Notes under the pieces: model-generated
The model's input: only the letters and a program-made list of their open reading frames with translations
The model's database searches: none
Told to the model about the DNA's origin: nothing
From: a virus
Length of the DNA: 64,000 bases
IMG/VR virus record: IMGVR_UViG_3300030514_000008
Reading direction: 5' to 3' (one strand)
Translations under genes and position numbers: made by a program
In this document: one piece after another, positions 1 through 10,303 of the stretch
Layout: each line of letters opens with the position of its first letter
Position numbering within the stretch: the stretch's first letter is position 1

Positions 1-13
1 TTCAAGCAATTCA

Positions 14-1474
14 ATGGCACTGGGGGGCCAGCCAATTATTCGCGGTCACAATAAAGCATTCAAGCTAGATGCTACGGCTAATGCCACAATTGATGGTAAT
101 CCAGTATTCAAAACTGGTGTAACAACAGAATTCGTGGTACTGGCCGACCGACCTGAAGATAATGCAGCAATCATACTTGCAAATAACGGAAGTGGCGTCT
201 GGCTAACTCCTTATTCAATATTGCTTAGTCTAACTTATAATAAGAGTGAATCAATTCAATCACTAACGTGTGCAGTTCCGGTTACTAATTGGAATAAAAA
301 ACTGCATGTCATTGTAACTATTGGTGAAAACCAGGCTACCTTAACAGTTAATGGCGAATCCCAAACTATTTCACTTAATGGAGTTTTGGATGTCGCAATC
401 ACCGAAACTTCAATTGGCGCGGGATTCCCAACAGATTACTCATACCTATTTGATGGATTTGGTGTCTATACGCGAAAACTATACACTAAGGATATAGCCA
501 TTGATGATCAATCAATTGGTCATAATATTTATGCGGCTGCTATTTATGCTGGAACATCAACTAATTTTAATACATTTGATCAAATTGAAAAGGTTGAGAT
601 AGGTATTTCTGATCTTAGCTTTAGTTCACAATTCATGCTTGATTCCTACTTATTTCGCTATAGAGTACCAAGTAGTGCGAGCTATGTTTCAGTAGAAGTA
701 AATGATGACACGATGTCAATAGATTGGGATTTAAATAATAACCAGATACATACCTTTACCAAAAAGCTTGTTGTCCCAATTACGCTCATTAGTGGAACTA
801 TTATTACTTTTAGATTGGGTAATACTCCTCGTTCTGACTTTAAAGCGGTAATCAGGAGTATAAGATCAGCTGACATCGTACAATCAACCCCGGCTTTACT
901 GCTTGCGACAGGACAACCAATTTTCCCGGATACAACCGAAGACTCTATTGTAAATGTTCCTGATGGGGTTGATATGACCTACGCAAGCTGGGAAGGAACC
1001 TGGTTGACATCTGACCGTGCCGACCTTCAAGTGCCACCACAGAGCGTAGAACTTATATTCCGCCCGGAAGAGGATGGTGTCATTTTTGCGAGTGCTGATG
1101 GTTCTGTGAGCACAACAGAGCAAAGTGGTTATAGCATGTGGCTTAACGGTGTTCCGGTGACAGATCTAACTGATATTCTGATGAATCAATGGAACCATTT
1201 AGTGCTTGTTAATACCTCTGCCGCAGCAACTACCTTTACTTTAAATACCGATGGGTCTAGCTCCCCTACAGCAATGCAGTACTTGCTACTTACTGCTTAT
1301 TTCCAGGAACTTGGTGATTCGGATGTCGCTAATTTGTATAAGGTTTCTATAGGTGCAGACGACATAACTGTCAACGAAGTGCCGGTAGAAATAACAGAAG
1401 GATTATTTGATAACGACCAACCTTTCCAGCTTTTTGGAAATACATGGGCAATTGTTGGTACAGGAGGAAACTAA
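14..1474 (+). CDS. Hypothetical protein (possibly structural). The ORF is open to the window edge, so it may be 5'-truncated.
   Basis: 486-aa ORF with no stop between base 2 and the first ATG. No recognisable catalytic motif. Confidence 0.45.
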   Translation: MALGGQPIIRGHNKAFKLDATANATIDGNPVFKTGVTTEFVVLADRPEDNAAIILANNGSGVWLTPYSILLSLTYNKSESIQSLTCAVPVTNWNKKLHVIVTIGENQATLTVNGESQTISLNGVLDVAITETSIGAGFPTDYSYLFDGFGVYTRKLYTKDIAIDDQSIGHNIYAAAIYAGTSTNFNTFDQIEKVEIGISDLSFSSQFMLDSYLFRYRVPSSASYVSVEVNDDTMSIDWDLNNNQIHTFTKKLVVPITLISGTIITFRLGNTPRSDFKAVIRSIRSADIVQSTPALLLATGQPIFPDTTEDSIVNVPDGVDMTYASWEGTWLTSDRADLQVPPQSVELIFRPEEDGVIFASADGSVSTTEQSGYSMWLNGVPVTDLTDILMNQWNHLVLVNTSAAATTFTLNTDGSSSPTAMQYLLLTAYFQELGDSDVANLYKVSIGADDITVNEVPVEITEGLFDNDQPFQLFGNTWAIVGTGGN

Positions 1475-1497
1475 TTTAGCTAAAAATGGACGTTAAT

Positions 1498-1527
1498 TTG
1501 ACCATTTTTACGTTAAAATGCTATACT
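1498..1527 (+). promoter_or_regulatory. Sigma70-like promoter (TTGACC-N18-TGcTATACT) upstream of the ORF at 1529.
   Basis: -35 TTGACC at 1498-1503 and an extended -10 TGcTATACT at 1519-1527. Confidence 0.45.
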
Positions 1528-1528
1528 C

Positions 1529-1867
1529 TTGCACATGGGTCAAAAGAGTAAACTTACTGAAGTAAGAGAAACAAATCTAGGCGTTTATGTTTGGAAACTG
1601 CCGGATGATACATTCCTGGCGGATGAAGACTTGAATATCCTTTCTATTACTGCAATGCGTGGAGATATTAAGGCTATGGCTAATATTACAGCAGTAGCCA
1701 AAAACTTGGGCTATGGAGATGGTTCTCCAGTTTTTGCAGAAGGAAGACGAAAAATCAGCCAGGAAGAATGGGAAGAGCAAAACTGGCGTCTAGAACACGG
1801 CTTAGTGCCGGACCCATATGATATCGGTGTATATAAGGAGAACATGAGAAATGGCCGCAGTAGCTGA
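1529..1867 (+). CDS. Hypothetical protein.
   Basis: 112-aa ORF that overlaps the portal start in the usual phage style. Confidence 0.45.
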   Translation: MHMGQKSKLTEVRETNLGVYVWKLPDDTFLADEDLNILSITAMRGDIKAMANITAVAKNLGYGDGSPVFAEGRRKISQEEWEEQNWRLEHGLVPDPYDIGVYKENMRNGRSS

Positions 1868-3425
1868 AGAAGATAAGGTTGTTGATGCTGTTCTTACTTC
1901 TACACTAGAAAAAAGAAAGATAGTAGAAGACGACCCATTTAATTTAAAACTTAAGGATGTACGTAAGCTTCGTGGACTTTCACGTAATTACATCCGTAAG
2001 GCTGACCGTGAAGCAAAGAAAGGCTATTACGGTAAGGATGGTGCACAATCCAAGCAGGTCACCGATGAAGTATATTATGGCTATGGATACCTAGATGCTA
2101 TTACACCACCCTACAATCTTGATTACCTAGCAAAGCTCTATGACATTTCCCCGGCACACCATGCAGCAGTTGACGCAAAGGTAGAGTCGGTATTTGGTCT
2201 TGGTTGGAGTTTTATCGAATCTCCAAAGACGAAGCAAATGCGTGATCGCACTACTACACCAGCCGGGCTTGAAAAGCTTGAAAAGAACCTCGCCAAGGTT
2301 CAGGTAGAAATGACCGATTGGCTCGACGACATCAACAATATTGATGTCTGGGAGGAGGTCATGAAGAAGGTCGGCAAGGATTATGAAACCACAGGAAATG
2401 GTTATATCGAGGTAGGCCGTACGGCTAGTGGAGCGATCGGATACATTGGTCATATTCCAGCCGAACACGTGCGTATTCGTAGGCTTCGTGACGGATTTAT
2501 TCAAATTATTGGTAATAGAATCGCATTCTTCAAGAACTTTGGTCAGGATGTCGTTAACAACATAACTGACGATCAAAATCCTAACGAAATAATTCACCTC
2601 AAGAAATACAGCCCAGCGAGCCTCTATTACGGAGTTCCGGATATTATTGCTGCTAAAGGACCGTTGGCAGGAAATGAATTTGCCAATAGATACAACCTTG
2701 ACTACTTTGAGAATAAGGCTGTTCCACGACATGTAATCGTCGTTAAGGGTGGTTCATTAAGTGCGGATTCTGTAAATAAGCTTGTAGAATTCTTTGAATC
2801 TGGACTACGTGGACAACACCACAGATCTATCTTTATTCCACTGGGCGGTAATGTCCAGGATGGAAAGCTGCCCGAAATTGAATTCCACGATGTTGAATCA
2901 GGTAAGCAGGACTTTAGTTTTGGAGCATACAGGGAGGCAAATAATGAAGAAATTTTTATGGCGCACCGTATTCCCGCTAGTCGCGCGGGAGTGTTTACCG
3001 CGAATCTATCGCTGGCTGCGTCACAAGATGCAGACAAGGTCTTCAAAGAAAGCTACTCAAAGCCTGAGCAGTCGATCTTTGAAAAGAAAATGGCGCGAGT
3101 ATTTAGGCAAGTAACTGACATGGTTACATTCAAGCTTAATGAACTTAGTTTGGTTGACGAGGATACTCAAAGCCAGATTGACGAAAGAGATCTACGCTCT
3201 GGATCTGCCGTTCCGGATGAAGTGCGCCGTAGAAAGGGTCAAGGTCCTCGCCCAGACGGTAAGGGAATGGAGCCGAGTATGCTTAACCCTGCTCAAAAGG
3301 CAGAGGCTACAGCGCAAGCTACGGGTTCTAGAACAAGAGATCAGAACCGACAAGCGGCTTCAAGTCAAGGCCGGGGGGATACAGGCAGTAGAAATGCCAA
3401 AGGTAAAGGAAGGAGAACACCCTAA
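1851..3425 (+). CDS. Portal protein (probable).
   Basis: 524 aa, sits directly upstream of the protease-scaffold and the HK97 capsid gene, and has a basic/Gly-rich C-terminus typical of portals. Size and synteny only. Confidence 0.55.
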   Translation: MAAVAEEDKVVDAVLTSTLEKRKIVEDDPFNLKLKDVRKLRGLSRNYIRKADREAKKGYYGKDGAQSKQVTDEVYYGYGYLDAITPPYNLDYLAKLYDISPAHHAAVDAKVESVFGLGWSFIESPKTKQMRDRTTTPAGLEKLEKNLAKVQVEMTDWLDDINNIDVWEEVMKKVGKDYETTGNGYIEVGRTASGAIGYIGHIPAEHVRIRRLRDGFIQIIGNRIAFFKNFGQDVVNNITDDQNPNEIIHLKKYSPASLYYGVPDIIAAKGPLAGNEFANRYNLDYFENKAVPRHVIVVKGGSLSADSVNKLVEFFESGLRGQHHRSIFIPLGGNVQDGKLPEIEFHDVESGKQDFSFGAYREANNEEIFMAHRIPASRAGVFTANLSLAASQDADKVFKESYSKPEQSIFEKKMARVFRQVTDMVTFKLNELSLVDEDTQSQIDERDLRSGSAVPDEVRRRKGQGPRPDGKGMEPSMLNPAQKAEATAQATGSRTRDQNRQAASSQGRGDTGSRNAKGKGRRTP

Positions 3426-3814
3426 TGTTAGATAAGGTAGCTAAGCGAATGCTGCAACCAGTAAATACATCAGTTATCAGTATCATGGGTGTCTTCGATC
3501 TGTTACTTGGATTTTGGCTGGCCCTCCCTTTTAAGTCGCTTGGAAAATATGAAAATAGTATCGAATTTAGTGTTGGTGCAATTTTAATGACCATAGGAGT
3601 AATTATCGTCTATGGTGCACTTAGAGAAAGGATTTCTACACTAGGAACAGGAGCTATCGTCGGATTTATTTTTTGGATAATAGCAACTGGTTTGGCAGTA
3701 GTGACCCATTTTACAGCTACAGATTGGATTTTTACATTGATGATTGCTGTATACCATGGGTTTGTTGGTCTCAACATATTGGTCAACAATCGCAATTTGC
3801 CAAATAAAAATTAA
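3425..3814 (+). CDS. Small integral membrane protein (3-4 TM helices).
   Basis: 129 aa, strongly hydrophobic segments (LLGFWLALPF, ILMTIGVIIVYGAL, IVGFIFWIIATGLAVV). ATGA-type overlap with the portal stop. Confidence 0.5.
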   Translation: MLDKVAKRMLQPVNTSVISIMGVFDLLLGFWLALPFKSLGKYENSIEFSVGAILMTIGVIIVYGALRERISTLGTGAIVGFIFWIIATGLAVVTHFTATDWIFTLMIAVYHGFVGLNILVNNRNLPNKN

Positions 3815-3825
3815 TAGTTTAGAAT

Positions 3826-5079
3826 ATGATTGTTATGGAAAAGGCACATTTTTCAACAACCGAGGATAAAGTATACGTTAATATTCCATTTAGCAAGGCT
3901 AACGTGGATCAGGAAAAGCGTATTGTGTCTGGTTTCGGTACTATTGACAATCCGGATCAAACCGATGATGTCATCACCAAGGAAGCCAGTATTGAAGCCT
4001 GGAAGTCTTGGCGCGGAAACGTGCGCGAACAACATAGCGATTTAGCAGCGGGACGTGTATTAAATTGGCGTCCCGAATCCTATATGGCTGATGATGGTAA
4101 AGTATATAACGGCCTATACGTAGATGTTTATGTTTCCAAGGGAGCCCCGGCCACCTGGGAAAAGGTACTCGATGGTACGCTATCCGGCTTTAGTGTTGGT
4201 GGTAACATTCTTGAATGCCACACTGAATATCTAGCCGATGATGATCGTACCGTTCGCTATATTACAAAGTATAAGATGGTAGAATTAAGCTTGGTAGACT
4301 CTCCTGGTAATGAACTATGTAATGTTTTGACTGTACAAAAGTCAGCAGATGGTTCGGATAGAATTGAAGGTCTACTCGCAGAAACCAAAACAAATAGTGT
4401 GTTTTGGTGCCCAATCGATCGTATTGCAGTTGCAGCACACGAAGACGTACGTAAGTGCTCCGCATGCTCCACAGAGATGGAAAATATCGGTTGGTATGAA
4501 ATCGAAACTGGCATTCCAGAAGGAGAGTCAGTAAAGAAAGTCTTGCAAGCTAGTAAAAAGCTTGAGAAGGTTGACGCAGCGAAGGGAGGTTCCGAAATGT
4601 CAGATGAAAAGCAAGAAGAAGTAAAGCCAGTTGAGGAAGTTATTACTACTGAAACTGAAAAGCAAGAAGCTGCTCCGGAAGTTTCCGAAACTGTTTCAGA
4701 GGTTGCTGAGCCAGATCTAGCTACTATCACCAAGGCACTTGATGAAATCAAAGCAGCCCTTGGTACAACTACACAGCAAAACCGTGAGGAGACCGTAGCA
4801 GAAATCCAGAAGGCAGTTGCATCCGTAAAGGAAGACGTTGATGCAAAGCTAGAAGATCTTCTAACAAAGCACACTTCCCTAGAAGAGGAAGTTAAGGGTT
4901 TTAAGGAAAGTCTAGGTACTGTTGAAAAAGGTCTTAAGAGCATTCAAGGCGCAGTAGAGAAGTCTACCGCCGTTAAGAAGTCTGCCGATATTGAAGAAGA
5001 AGAAACAATCAAGAAGGCAGAAAAAACAGAAAGTCTTTGGTCGAACCGTTTTCTTCCACCTACGTACGACCGTAACTAA
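3826..5079 (+). CDS. Prohead protease (HK97/S78-like N-terminal domain) fused to an acidic coiled-coil scaffold-like C-terminal half.
   Basis: N-terminus KRIVSGFGTIDNPDQTDDVITKEASIEAW resembles the HK97 protease core. The C-terminal ~170 aa are E/K-rich with coiled-coil character. Located just before the major capsid gene. Confidence 0.6.
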   Translation: MIVMEKAHFSTTEDKVYVNIPFSKANVDQEKRIVSGFGTIDNPDQTDDVITKEASIEAWKSWRGNVREQHSDLAAGRVLNWRPESYMADDGKVYNGLYVDVYVSKGAPATWEKVLDGTLSGFSVGGNILECHTEYLADDDRTVRYITKYKMVELSLVDSPGNELCNVLTVQKSADGSDRIEGLLAETKTNSVFWCPIDRIAVAAHEDVRKCSACSTEMENIGWYEIETGIPEGESVKKVLQASKKLEKVDAAKGGSEMSDEKQEEVKPVEEVITTETEKQEAAPEVSETVSEVAEPDLATITKALDEIKAALGTTTQQNREETVAEIQKAVASVKEDVDAKLEDLLTKHTSLEEEVKGFKESLGTVEKGLKSIQGAVEKSTAVKKSADIEEEETIKKAEKTESLWSNRFLPPTYDRN

Positions 5080-5110
5080 TATATAAAAAGAAAGGAGTTG
5101 AAAAATCCAC

Positions 5111-6100
5111 ATGAGTGAAATTCTAGAAAAGGTCATTAGAACTACTAATACCGGTAGCGAGAAGCCAGCTTTGCTTCAGAATGAACAAGCTGACCGCTTC
5201 ATTGACTACATGTTTGACGCAACAGTTCTTCTTAATGGAGACTGCCGTACGCACCGTATGTCCGCACCGATTGCAGATATTGACCGCATCGCCGTAGGAC
5301 AGAGATTGGTTCGCGTTGCTACAGAAGCTGTTGACACCGGTGAGAACGCAGGTGCCACCTTCTCAAAGATCTCGCTTACTACAACCAAGCTTCGTCTAGA
5401 CTGGGAAATCTCAACAGAAACCTTGGAGGACAACCTTGAAGGAGCAGATATCGAGGATCACATTGCACGCCTAATGGCAACTGCATTTGGTAACGACCTT
5501 GAAGATGTTGCAATCAATGGTGACACCGCAAGTTCTGACGGTACCCTAAGGGCGTTTGATGGTTGGTACAAGCGTGCTCTTGCAGAGGCTCACGTAGTAG
5601 ACTTGGGTGGACAGACCCTTAAGTGGGAAGTCTTCAACAAGATGCTAAAGGCTATGCCACGTAAGTTTATGCAAAAGCGTGCTGAACTAGCTTTCTATAC
5701 TGGTACTAACGTTCTACAGGACTACCTATCCGACTTTATGCAAGCTGGTGGTGACCCATGGGCAGGTCCACGCGCTGATCAGGCACGTGATAACGCTGTT
5801 CGTACTGAGGGTTCACCTGGCTTCGTCGCCGGTCGTCCATTTGGTGTTGAACTTCGAGAAATTCCGCTATTCGATGAAACTGCTGCTGGTACCTATTCAG
5901 GTTCCACTGGTCAGCACGGACACGTAGAGCTTACCTTCCCGAAGAACCGTGTTCTTGGTATCCGTCGTGAAATCCAGGTACACCGTGAATTCAAGCCAAA
6001 GAAGGATGCTATCGAGTACACCGTTTACACCCGCGCTGGTGTAAACATCGAGAATGCAGATGCCTACGTAGTAGGTAAGAACCTAAAGGTTGCATCTTGA
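5111..6100 (+). CDS. Major capsid protein, HK97 fold.
   Basis: 329 aa with the LRLDWEISTETLEDN and ARLMATAFGNDLEDVAINGD motifs typical of HK97-family capsid proteins. SD sequence AAAGGAG lies upstream, and a strong terminator follows. Confidence 0.8.
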   Translation: MSEILEKVIRTTNTGSEKPALLQNEQADRFIDYMFDATVLLNGDCRTHRMSAPIADIDRIAVGQRLVRVATEAVDTGENAGATFSKISLTTTKLRLDWEISTETLEDNLEGADIEDHIARLMATAFGNDLEDVAINGDTASSDGTLRAFDGWYKRALAEAHVVDLGGQTLKWEVFNKMLKAMPRKFMQKRAELAFYTGTNVLQDYLSDFMQAGGDPWAGPRADQARDNAVRTEGSPGFVAGRPFGVELREIPLFDETAAGTYSGSTGQHGHVELTFPKNRVLGIRREIQVHREFKPKKDAIEYTVYTRAGVNIENADAYVVGKNLKVAS

Positions 6101-6111
6101 TCTGATTAGTC

Positions 6112-6142
6112 AAAAGGCGGGACTTCGGTCCCGCCTTTTGCA
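6112..6142 (+). terminator. Rho-independent terminator after the capsid gene.
   Basis: Perfect hairpin AAAAGGCGGGAC-TTCG-GTCCCGCCTTTT followed by a T-run. Confidence 0.8.
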
Positions 6143-6173
6143 TTTCATGCTATAATTGCGAAAGGAGGTTACG

Positions 6174-6548
6174 ATGAGTTTAAACAGTTTGAACAAGGAA
6201 GAATTAACCAAGCTTGCTGCTAAGGCAGATGTAGAGCTTGATGGCGATGAAACCAATAAGCAGATTGTCGCCAAGCTTAAGGAAAACAATGTAGGATACG
6301 AGTTTTACAAGAAGGCTTTTCTTGAGGGCGAAACAGAAGAGTCTGAAGACACTTCGACATTGTTTAAGAATTCTGACGTTCTAATCAAGATGGAGCGCAA
6401 GAATCCAACATTTCAGGCATATGGAGTTACTTTTACTAGAGAACACCCATACGCAATTGTCAATGAACACACTGCACAGCAGATTATTGACGATCACGAA
6501 GGTTTTAGACTTGCTTCACCAGCTGAAGCAAAAGCGTTTTATAGTTGA
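6174..6548 (+). CDS. Hypothetical head-associated protein. The true start is probably the ATG at 6174, after AAGGAGG.
   Basis: The track start at 6156 overlaps the promoter TGcTATAAT (6148-6156). The ATG at 6174 is preceded by AAGGAGG. Confidence 0.5.
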   Translation: MSLNSLNKEELTKLAAKADVELDGDETNKQIVAKLKENNVGYEFYKKAFLEGETEESEDTSTLFKNSDVLIKMERKNPTFQAYGVTFTREHPYAIVNEHTAQQIIDDHEGFRLASPAEAKAFYS

Positions 6549-6575
6549 TAAAAAATATGCTAGAATAAAAGCACT

Positions 6576-7490
6576 ATGAAGGAAATACTAGCAAATACAA
6601 TTAGTGACGTTTACTTTGATGCCTTTAAGAATGGCGTCCTAACCGACGCCACTGGTGATGTGCTAGTAAGTGTTTATAAGGACGGCGTAAAATTAGTAGA
6701 CTCAGCTGTAGCCACTAAGACAACAGGCAAGGTAGGGAAGTATTCCTATACCTTGCCTGTCTCTGTTACCGTGGATTCAATTTTGACCGGGGTGGTTACG
6801 GAAGAGGCCGAACTTGAAATCGACTGGACATTTACAGTAAGCGGAATTACTCTTACCATTAAGGATTACTACACCGTAGTAACTCCCTATTCCCCATGGT
6901 CTTACTTTATTGATTCTGGAAAAACTTATGCAGATTACCTAGAATGTGAGCGAGTTTCACGCTTTGTTATTAATTCATATTGTGGTCAGCAATTTGGAAA
7001 GAAGACAACAACTTATGTCGTAGAAGGTACTGGTGGAGATAGCCTACGTCTACCATGGCGTCTTATGACTCTTACTGATGTGAAATATCTAAATCGTACT
7101 CTGGCTACACGTCCAGGACCGATTATTGGCCTAGGATATCCAGCTTGGGAATTAGGTTCTGATGGTTGGATGCTAAGACAACAGCCAAATAGAGTTACAA
7201 TTGATCCGCTATGGAATGGTGGACCATTCTTCCGTAGAAACATGCTATATAATGTTGCCGGAGTTTGGGGTTATAATTCACCACCAACAGCGGTTGAGGA
7301 AGCCAGTAAGATACTGACAGCCGACCTCATGTGCCAAGATCACAAGTATCGTGACAAGTACTTGCAATCAATCAAGATGGGTGATTGGCGTCTTCAATTC
7401 CATGATTTAGCATTTAATGGTACTGGTAATGCCACAGCAGATAAATTACTACTTGACTATAGAATTTACCCGGGGGTAGGGATAATATGA
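6576..7490 (+). CDS. Hypothetical structural protein (head-tail joining region).
   Basis: 304-aa ORF in the structural block. Confidence 0.45.
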   Translation: MKEILANTISDVYFDAFKNGVLTDATGDVLVSVYKDGVKLVDSAVATKTTGKVGKYSYTLPVSVTVDSILTGVVTEEAELEIDWTFTVSGITLTIKDYYTVVTPYSPWSYFIDSGKTYADYLECERVSRFVINSYCGQQFGKKTTTYVVEGTGGDSLRLPWRLMTLTDVKYLNRTLATRPGPIIGLGYPAWELGSDGWMLRQQPNRVTIDPLWNGGPFFRRNMLYNVAGVWGYNSPPTAVEEASKILTADLMCQDHKYRDKYLQSIKMGDWRLQFHDLAFNGTGNATADKLLLDYRIYPGVGII

Positions 7491-7924
7491 TCGGTGGATG
7501 TATCCTATCCGCCGGTTATGCGTTTGAAGCCGATATCTATTCAAAGAAACGCTTTAAAGACGACACAACTGGCCAGATAGAATATAAGTGGCAGCTATGG
7601 AAGACCGTAGACTGCATGGTTAGTCCATTTGTGTCTACTAGCTTTAAGGCTCAAGGAACTACTGAAAGCTTTGGCGAAATGTATGATAAGCAGAGCTACC
7701 TCAATATGGTCTGCAAAGAAAATATCGGTAGAAATGTTCAAATAACAAATATTAGAAACAAAACTACTGGCGAAGTTATTTACTGTGAAATTGAGCTTCG
7801 AGGCGCCCCACCCACTTGGTATAACTCAATGGGCTCATCTCCAGTTCTAGATCCATTTGGAGCTGTAGTAGAATGGAGCACCTTGATTGAGCGTGCAGAA
7901 GAACAGGGTGAAGTCGTTGTTTAA
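7487..7924 (+). CDS. Hypothetical structural protein (possible head completion or adaptor).
   Basis: 145 aa, start overlaps the previous stop. Confidence 0.4.
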   Translation: MIGGCILSAGYAFEADIYSKKRFKDDTTGQIEYKWQLWKTVDCMVSPFVSTSFKAQGTTESFGEMYDKQSYLNMVCKENIGRNVQITNIRNKTTGEVIYCEIELRGAPPTWYNSMGSSPVLDPFGAVVEWSTLIERAEEQGEVVV

Positions 7925-8747
7925 TATTGGGATGGAAACTGAAAAATACGGCAAGGTTGCAAATGTAATTGATGGTGTATGTGCCACAATTAAAACAGAT
8001 GCACATGTCAATGATTTGGTAAAAAGCGCTAATACAATTATTACCGCTGAATTTGTCAACCATATGTCGAGAGAATCTTTAAGTCACCCACTTAAGTTTG
8101 GACATATGTACGATTGGGGACAGATCGGAAATCCAGGACAACGTCTTTGGAGACATGTTTTGCGCGGGCGCGGAGCGACTAGACAAATTTCATTCGACTT
8201 CAAGGCATCAACAAAAATGGTTCCAGTTGATCCTGAATTGGCTGCTGTTGGCGTTAAGCGTAACCATCGATTTACATGGAAAGCTCCCGTTATTGAATTA
8301 GGAAAACCAGTAAGTATTTCTCCCAAATTAGCTAAAATGCTTGTTTTTGTAGCTAAGGATGTAAAGCGCGGTGCTGAAAGCAGCGGCCACGGATTCCAGG
8401 CTGACGGCCGAGTTTACTTTAATGGAACTATTAATATTGCCAAGGCTGGACCAGCAGAAGCATGGGGTTCATTCACTAATGAATTTAACACCTGGTTTAG
8501 ATCAGGCATTCCTGACCAATTAATAAAGACTCACCTTGAGCCTAGAGTAGCTAAAACAATCAGAAATGCTGTAGTGAATAAATTACGTGCGATTTCTGGA
8601 TTAAAGACAAAACCAAAAACAATTAAGCTTGAGCCTGTGGGGATTGATAAGGCATTTGCTGCAACCCTAGCGCAGAGTCTACATACAAATTATGTTGCAG
8701 CCGCTGCAACAAGAAGGGCATTGGTAGCAGATGACGATTTACAATGA
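7887..8747 (+). CDS. Hypothetical structural protein (an alternative start near 7932 is possible).
   Basis: 286-aa ORF. Confidence 0.4.
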   Translation: MSVQKNRVKSLFNIGMETEKYGKVANVIDGVCATIKTDAHVNDLVKSANTIITAEFVNHMSRESLSHPLKFGHMYDWGQIGNPGQRLWRHVLRGRGATRQISFDFKASTKMVPVDPELAAVGVKRNHRFTWKAPVIELGKPVSISPKLAKMLVFVAKDVKRGAESSGHGFQADGRVYFNGTINIAKAGPAEAWGSFTNEFNTWFRSGIPDQLIKTHLEPRVAKTIRNAVVNKLRAISGLKTKPKTIKLEPVGIDKAFAATLAQSLHTNYVAAAATRRALVADDDLQ

Positions 8748-9363
8748 AGCCCCATACTATAGGCTAAATAAATGGATTGAAAATAGACTCCGTGGAATTA
8801 AGGAATTAAATGGAACAGTAGATCCAGATTTTGCGATCATTCCTCCAGAAGATCAATATGTTACTGACGTGGATACTAATGATCGATTTGCAGATTCAGA
8901 TTCAATTCAAGAGATTCCCTTTTTATCGCCGGGCGGAACATTACCAGAGTTAATGACAATCTGGGATAACCAATCAAAGAAATTTGCACAGCTTCCAGTA
9001 GGATCATATTCAATAATGCTCAACAAGATTCAGGATGAACCATGGAAGCTTTGTGGTGCAGTTGTATACACCTTCCTGTTCGGAAATGTGGGTAAGCTGA
9101 CAGAAATGCTTAATTTTATTGAGGCATTGACAAAGCGTGAAGATAGATCTGCATATGACTGTAATTGGTTTTTCAGAAATGACCCAACTTACCCCTTTGA
9201 TATAAAGACAATTAATTTCATGAATGCCGCTGGCCCTATTGCAGCAAAGGATGAGGGCGGATTGAATGTATTGCAAATAACAATAGGCTATGACGCTGTA
9301 TATGAAGGTACTGGTCGAATTGGCAACTACGGCGACGAGACTAACGACTTTATGTGGAATTAA
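8731..9363 (+). CDS. Hypothetical structural protein (neck or tail terminator region).
   Basis: 210 aa. Confidence 0.4.
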   Translation: MTIYNEAPYYRLNKWIENRLRGIKELNGTVDPDFAIIPPEDQYVTDVDTNDRFADSDSIQEIPFLSPGGTLPELMTIWDNQSKKFAQLPVGSYSIMLNKIQDEPWKLCGAVVYTFLFGNVGKLTEMLNFIEALTKREDRSAYDCNWFFRNDPTYPFDIKTINFMNAAGPIAAKDEGGLNVLQITIGYDAVYEGTGRIGNYGDETNDFMWN

Positions 9364-9449
9364 ATTTGCGTCATAAAGTACATAATGCGATAATCGTTTT
9401 TGGAAGAGAACGAATATCGACTATAAAATAACAGGAGGTGAAAAACGAT

Positions 9450-10199
9450 ATGGCAAAGCCAACAAGCAGAAACGTTATTGTTGGTGCAGCGGCCACCTTC
9501 CTTTCAGTAGCAGATTCACTATCTACAGATTGGGACAGCGTAGCTCTACCAGCACGTGTAGCGGGAACCCCTTACACTAGAACACTTGAAGCCAATGATG
9601 CCGCAAGCGTTCCAACTCGTATGTGGCGCGGTACCGGATATACTTCCGGAGGTATTGAAGTTTCCTATAACCCAGACTATGGAGAGGTTGACGTAGACCA
9701 GCTACTTGACGCTGCAAAGATGTTCAAGCAGAAGATGACCGCTACAGTTAAGACCACATTTGCCGAGGCAACTCTAGAGAATCTAGCAATTGTTTGGGCG
9801 CAGGGTGGTTCATCTCTACGTCGCTCTACAGCAAGCTCAACAGCAACCGATGTTACTGGTGGTACTGTAGATGCAACTAAGGACTTTGAAGGTGTAACAG
9901 TACCAGCAGACGAAGAAGTTCTAGGTATGGAGGCAGGTGCTCTTGGTGTAGAACCAGTTGAACGTCAAATGGTGTTCATTGGTCCTTCTCCACGTGTAGC
10001 TCCAGGTGGTGCAAACGCAAACAAGAAGCGTGAGCGTATTTACCACGTTCGTCGTGTTCTTAGTGTTGAAGCATCAGCTCACTCTCAGAAGAAGAACGAA
10101 GCTACTCTATTCCCGGTAACTTTCCGTCTACTTCCATCTGAAGTATCAGGTGCAGAATATGGAACCATTCGTGACCGTTTGATCCCAATACAGGGCTGA
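9450..10199 (+). CDS. Major tail protein (probable).
   Basis: AGGAGG at 9435-9440 is followed 9 nt later by the ATG at 9450 (MAKPTSRN...). It sits directly before the chaperone pair and tape measure gene, and a strong terminator follows, as expected for a highly expressed tail tube gene. Confidence 0.55.
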   Translation: MAKPTSRNVIVGAAATFLSVADSLSTDWDSVALPARVAGTPYTRTLEANDAASVPTRMWRGTGYTSGGIEVSYNPDYGEVDVDQLLDAAKMFKQKMTATVKTTFAEATLENLAIVWAQGGSSLRRSTASSTATDVTGGTVDATKDFEGVTVPADEEVLGMEAGALGVEPVERQMVFIGPSPRVAPGGANANKKRERIYHVRRVLSVEASAHSQKKNEATLFPVTFRLLPSEVSGAEYGTIRDRLIPIQG

Positions 10200-10220
10200 T
10201 GAATAAATTGTTTTAAGCAT

Positions 10221-10246
10221 AGGGCTTCCGAAAGGAAGCCCTTTTG
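10221..10246 (+). terminator. Rho-independent terminator.
   Basis: GGGCTTCC-GAAA-GGAAGCCC followed by TTTTG. Confidence 0.75.
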
Positions 10247-10303
10247 CTTTACCTGCTCACAGTGTGTTAAAATAAGTTTAACCTAGAAAGGGAATTAAAA
10301 AGA

